A stretch of 63,999 nt of DNA, counting the filler, from Circinaria calcarea (Eukaryota): the NCBI GenBank assembly GCA_051942165.1. It is 8 parts of 8 records of this genome, joined end to end, with 100 filler letters (N's around TTAATTAATTAA, not from the genome) between each part and the next. Parts side by side here need not be neighbours in the genome. Positions count along the whole stretch, not along the records: positions 56,391 to 63,999 come from JAVECS010001282.1; 7 more parts are not named here. The stretch is one strand, 5' to 3'. Each line of letters starts with the position of its first letter. The stretch's first letter is position 1. A model generated the notes under the pieces. It saw only the letters and a program-made list of their open reading frames with translations, did no database searches and was not told the DNA's origin. Below, piece by piece: positions 59,779 to 63,999 of the stretch. The translations under genes and the position numbers were made by a program.

Positions 59779-61994
59779 ATGGTTAAGGTCGTGTCATATG
59801 CTAAGAGAACGTACAGCTCAGCTGATGTCGATGGACTCTCATTTCCAGGGACTTGTAGCTTCACCCCAATCAACCGGCATACTAGTCTCCCATCAGATTC
59901 AACCTCAGTAGACAGAGCTGATCCAACGGCGATCCAGGAAGATGGACCGCCAAAATCACGGTCCAAAGCTACAGCCAGAGGCAAGAAGAGAGCAGCGAGG
60001 CACCAATCTGCACCTTCAGTCACAGTCAAAAAGCCGAGGAGAGTATCCCAACCTAGAAACCCGAAAAAGTCCGAGAAAGCCAGTGACTGGGTGAATCGCG
60101 AGATCTCACAGGCTTCCGTCCCAAGTCCGAGCATCGATGCAGACTTCAAGGCAAGCAAGCGAGATGACCAAGAGGAGGCTGTTCCGGTGCAAGCAGCAAA
60201 TGTAGGTGCTACAGGTTTCCCACAGACGATGCGTAAGCTCGACGCATTTCGAAATCAGGCCGGAGAGCAGATTGGTTATCGCGAATGCCAATCTCACTCA
60301 TGTCAGGATGTCTCCAGAGACCAATGTATCGTAGTGGCGGAATCAACCAGTGAGCTAGTCGGAGCTGATGCCATGGAGATCCACAAAGGCTTGACAGATC
60401 AAGATGGTAAGTCGCATAAGAGATTCAAGCAGGAGTGTGGTTCTGAGCAACCAAGACATGAGTACTCGCTCAAACTAACCTATCCTCAAGAAACAGACCC
60501 TGAGATTGTGCCGGATCCAAGGTCTCATAAGTCCACTCATGGTATGGAATGGCCGACTGCAAGCGGTGGATTGTCTCCAACCGAAGGTGTCGGCGATCAG
60601 AACCATTGTATTGATACCACAGGCTCGTCAGTAGCTGAGAAGCCTTTCCCGGAGGTTGCTCTAGCGGCGCTGTCGAGGAAGTTATATATACCTGGAAGGA
60701 TGGAAAGTAATGTATTGGGTAAGACGATGGATTGTCAGGAAGATGATGACATCCATGCAAGCTTAATACGCAAGGAAGAGCTCCACTGGACCAATATAGG
60801 TACGGCCAATCCTGGGTTGGACTAACAATCAACAACTATTCAATTCGTCCAACTGATATAAATGCAGCGGAGAAAATGTCTAGTCCGACTGGACAACATG
60901 CCTGTGAAGAGACTGATAATGAATACCGTATCGACAACGAAGCTATGGAGGATATGTTGGATCTACTGGCTGTCCAAGAGTCATTCGAGCCACCATCTAG
61001 CCTACATATCCCATTTGACGACAATTCGCAGACTAATGAAGTCTATGATCCACTACTTCAACATTCGAGTCCTCCACCTAGAAGAAGTATACATACAGTA
61101 CTTCAAAATGGGAAACCTGTGCCCATAGATGGTCAGACCACCCTTGATGCCATATCCTCAATTTCCATGCGCCATTATTCTTCTCATCAAACTTCATCTC
61201 TAGACAATAAATTACACGGCACTATCTGTCTTAACGAAGAGGCAGAGGACGAGAATTATCTTAGTGACGAAGACGAGCAAGATCTCTTGATTCTAGCAGA
61301 TGGAATGACCAGCAATCCGCAAAAACCCTCCATTACTGTTACTCCTTCACATTCATCCTCCCCGAAGCTACAATGGAATCCGCCAACTTTCTACAAACCA
61401 AGTCAACCGTCCTCATCATCCACAATGACAACCGTACCTATGCCCACTCCACCCCAATCGTATTCGAGGCCAATGTTACCCATATATCCGCCTCACGTCT
61501 TAGCCCTCGACGACAAGGGTAATCCCGTCCCGTTTGCTCGCCCAGCTTTTCGAGATCCCATTCGCGATCGCTCTCCTATCCTTGGTCTCTCCCGTTCCGC
61601 GGTACTCCGAACGTGCTTCCGCATCGGCGAAGCTCTCAACGCCGCATCGTCCGCATTCCAAAATAACATTGATATTGTAATAGAGCTTTACGCGCGGATC
61701 ACATACTCGAAAAGAGATGCCAATGGGTTGAAACAATATTTTCAATTTGCAGACATGTTTCGTGGTGAACTTCCGCCATTCTTGAACGGGACTTATGATG
61801 TTTGGAAAGGCTCTGATTTATGGGAACTCGACTCTGGCAAATTCCTCGGTGAAAATGGTAAAGGCCAGATCGCGAGGGCAGTGGGAAGAATCAAGAGGGA
61901 CGAGAACACCAAGTCGTGGAAAATGACGATTCTGAACATCTGGAAAGCCAATTGGGACGACGTTGGTTATGCCAAAGGTGTTGTCTGCGCATGA
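59779..61994 (+). CDS. Disordered protein with a conserved C-terminal beta-rich (OB-fold-like, possibly SPATA22-like) domain, 2 exons
   Basis: Intron 60800-60867 (GTACGG...CAG) joins the 348-aa and 372-aa ORFs in frame. C-terminal block RDRSPILGLS..VLRTCFRIGEAL...IELYARI...KQYFQFAD...RAVGRI...ILNIWKANWDD. Confidence 0.75.
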
Positions 61995-63031
61995 GGCAGA
62001 ATTACAAAGCAGACCTGTCGAGCAGACATCGGAGAGCTGGCTGGAGGAGAACTAACGTATTGCTATACATCTTGCTACTAGCCCCAGGGCTTACTAACTA
62101 TGACAGTTACTAATGTATAGCTTAGTATGACTGTCAGAAGTGGTCTGCTGGCCAAAAAGCTTTGGGTAAGCCAGGGAAGATCTCTTATTTCATAACTTTG
62201 TTGATATGCTAGCCTATCTCTTTAACGCAGGAACTTTTGCAAGCTTCCGTATCAGTTTCTTATTGTGGTCATCCACCCATGAAATGACCCAAGTAAACCA
62301 AAGCGGACGAGCAAAAGCCATGGCCGAAACTGGTGCTTATAACCATACATGACTTTGCACCTATGAGTCAGGCAGCATTACAAAGTCTTAAAGGTAATTG
62401 CATCATATCTTTACAAACCTGTTCTACTTCTAGCGTTCACCTGGTGCTGGCCGTACCCAGTTACCTCCCATCAGCAGCGACTCTCGCTTTGCAGAATTGG
62501 ATATAGCCGGAGGAGCAGACTAAAGCGACACTCTCAGAATACTAGTTTGATAATTCTAAGCGCTCTGGGAATTACTCATGGAGTAATATCCGGCTCTCTT
62601 CGATCAGCCATCACTCACTTCTCCGAGGAGTGCATAGGTATTGGCCATATGCACGAATCGATTGGTGCATCTGCTATATATACTCAGCTAGCGCCTGATG
62701 ATTGGCGAATGTCTACTCGCGGCCCTGATTTACTGCACCCGCATTGTGCATGGAGCTATTGATTCTTGGCAGATCTACTCAAGATCCAAATTGCAGCTCC
62801 CTATGCGCTTCAGGTTACTCCTATCGTTTAAGAATCTATACAATCTCTTTCAAACGCAACCTGCAATTAGTTTGTCATGAGTTAAGCATGAACACAAGCT
62901 ACCCCTCATCCTATATGTAACTATGGACACCGAGTTCGTCCTTTACTGTATAAGGTTGCGGTCATCACTCCTCTTTGCCATTGTCTTCCTTAATCTCTGT
63001 ACTCTCCTTCATCTAGGACTGCATCGCAACC

Positions 63032-63818
63032 ATGCGTCTCAATGCTATTGTAGGCTTGGCTGCTCTGGGCTTTTCGCTCATCAGCGCCCAAAACCTTACC
63101 GCATCTGAGGACTTGTTCTACAACAGACTTCCTGCATGCGCGGTGAGTAGCATAATCTCTTGCGAAGTCAAATAATAAGAACGTCCAACAAAAGAGCTGG
63201 CTGACTGAAACTCCAGTCTCCATGTTACGGCCCTGCGTTCGCAGCCAGTGATTGCGGTCGGATCGACTTTGACTGCATCTGTAATAACGAGGCTTTCAAC
63301 AACAGCATCGGTGCTTGCCAGCGAGCATCATGCAATGGGGTTGAAATACAGGGTACGTTTTTCCCTGTCCACCAGAATACTTCCCACCCTCCGTATCCCC
63401 TGTGTTCTCCCAAACCTCCTTCTCCGTCCCGCTCACAAATGCTAACACGCATCATCTTTGCTTTACACACCAGCTCTCACTTCCCTAGTCTCCATCATCT
63501 GCTCTCCCGTCGGTGGCGTCGCCAGTACCCGCTACCCCACTCGATACCCCAATATCCCCGCTTGCGCCGTAAGTCAACTACTCCCTCCCTACCTTGCTTG
63601 CCAACACAAACCCACCCACCTTTTCTCCTTACCTTACCACCCAAGACTCACAGCATTCAATCTAACTCCCCGTGCTTTCTAGAATAACTGCAGCTCCACC
63701 GCCCTCGCTCTTAGCGGCTGCGACCCCCAGGACGTCAAATGCGCCTGCACCAACCCAGGGTACCTGAATGTGTACGGACCCTGCGTCCAGGCCGTTTGCA
63801 ACGAGACAGATCGAGCTA
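63032..63818 (+). CDS. Secreted protein with at least two tandem CFEM domains, 3'-incomplete
   Basis: Spliced product MRLNAIVGLAALGFSLISAQ...LPACA^SPCYGPAFAASDCGRIDFDCICNNEAFNNSIGACQRASC...^...IC...IPACA^NNCSSTALALSGCDPQDVKCACTNPGYLNVYGPCVQAVC. Confidence 0.88.
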
Positions 63819-63999
63819 GTGAGTAATCTCCGCACCTTCTCCCCCCTTCCCCCCCACCCAACTTGGGGAAATGCAGACTCCCGAATATATATAAAAACAT
63901 ATCTCCCGTTTGCTGGTTACTAGCGTATTGCCCAACGAAGCCAGCCAAAAAAGAATACATATTTTTCCACCTTAATCCCCCCCTGCTTCGCCTTCCACT

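Overview
This is eukaryotic DNA from a filamentous ascomycete (Pezizomycotina). It has short GT-AG introns with CTRAC-like branch sites, and the gene content suggests a lichen-forming or related lineage, which is an inference. The window is not one locus. It is eight contigs of about 7.9-8.0 kb, sorted by decreasing length and joined by artificial 100-nt linkers (44 N + TTAATTAATTAA + 44 N), so synteny across linkers is meaningless. Recognisable housekeeping genes are IDI1, a Ure2-like GST, a CBS/PB1 (Mug70-like) protein, RPS26, a type-B carboxylesterase, NUF2, thioredoxin, proteasome alpha-1 (SCL1), a PPR protein, an STL1-like sugar porter and LSB5. The accessory content is more interesting: (1) a decaying tandem array (about 1.7-7.7 kb) of an orphan two-gene module, with one copy still spliceable into an intact 285-aa ORF; (2) a HeLo-like/ankyrin protein with no NOD and a probable GC-AG intron; (3) an interaction-gene island with the C-terminal part of an NLR-like protein, a secreted LxxR-repeat peptide precursor, a 7-Cys secreted peptide, and a RIP-like inactivated methyltransferase/PTH11-like pair; (4) a KP4/Ecp2-like secreted protein; (5) a tandem-CFEM gene absent from the ORF track; (6) a protein whose C-terminal domain resembles the SPATA22 OB fold. 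All family calls come from motif recognition by eye; no database searches were run.
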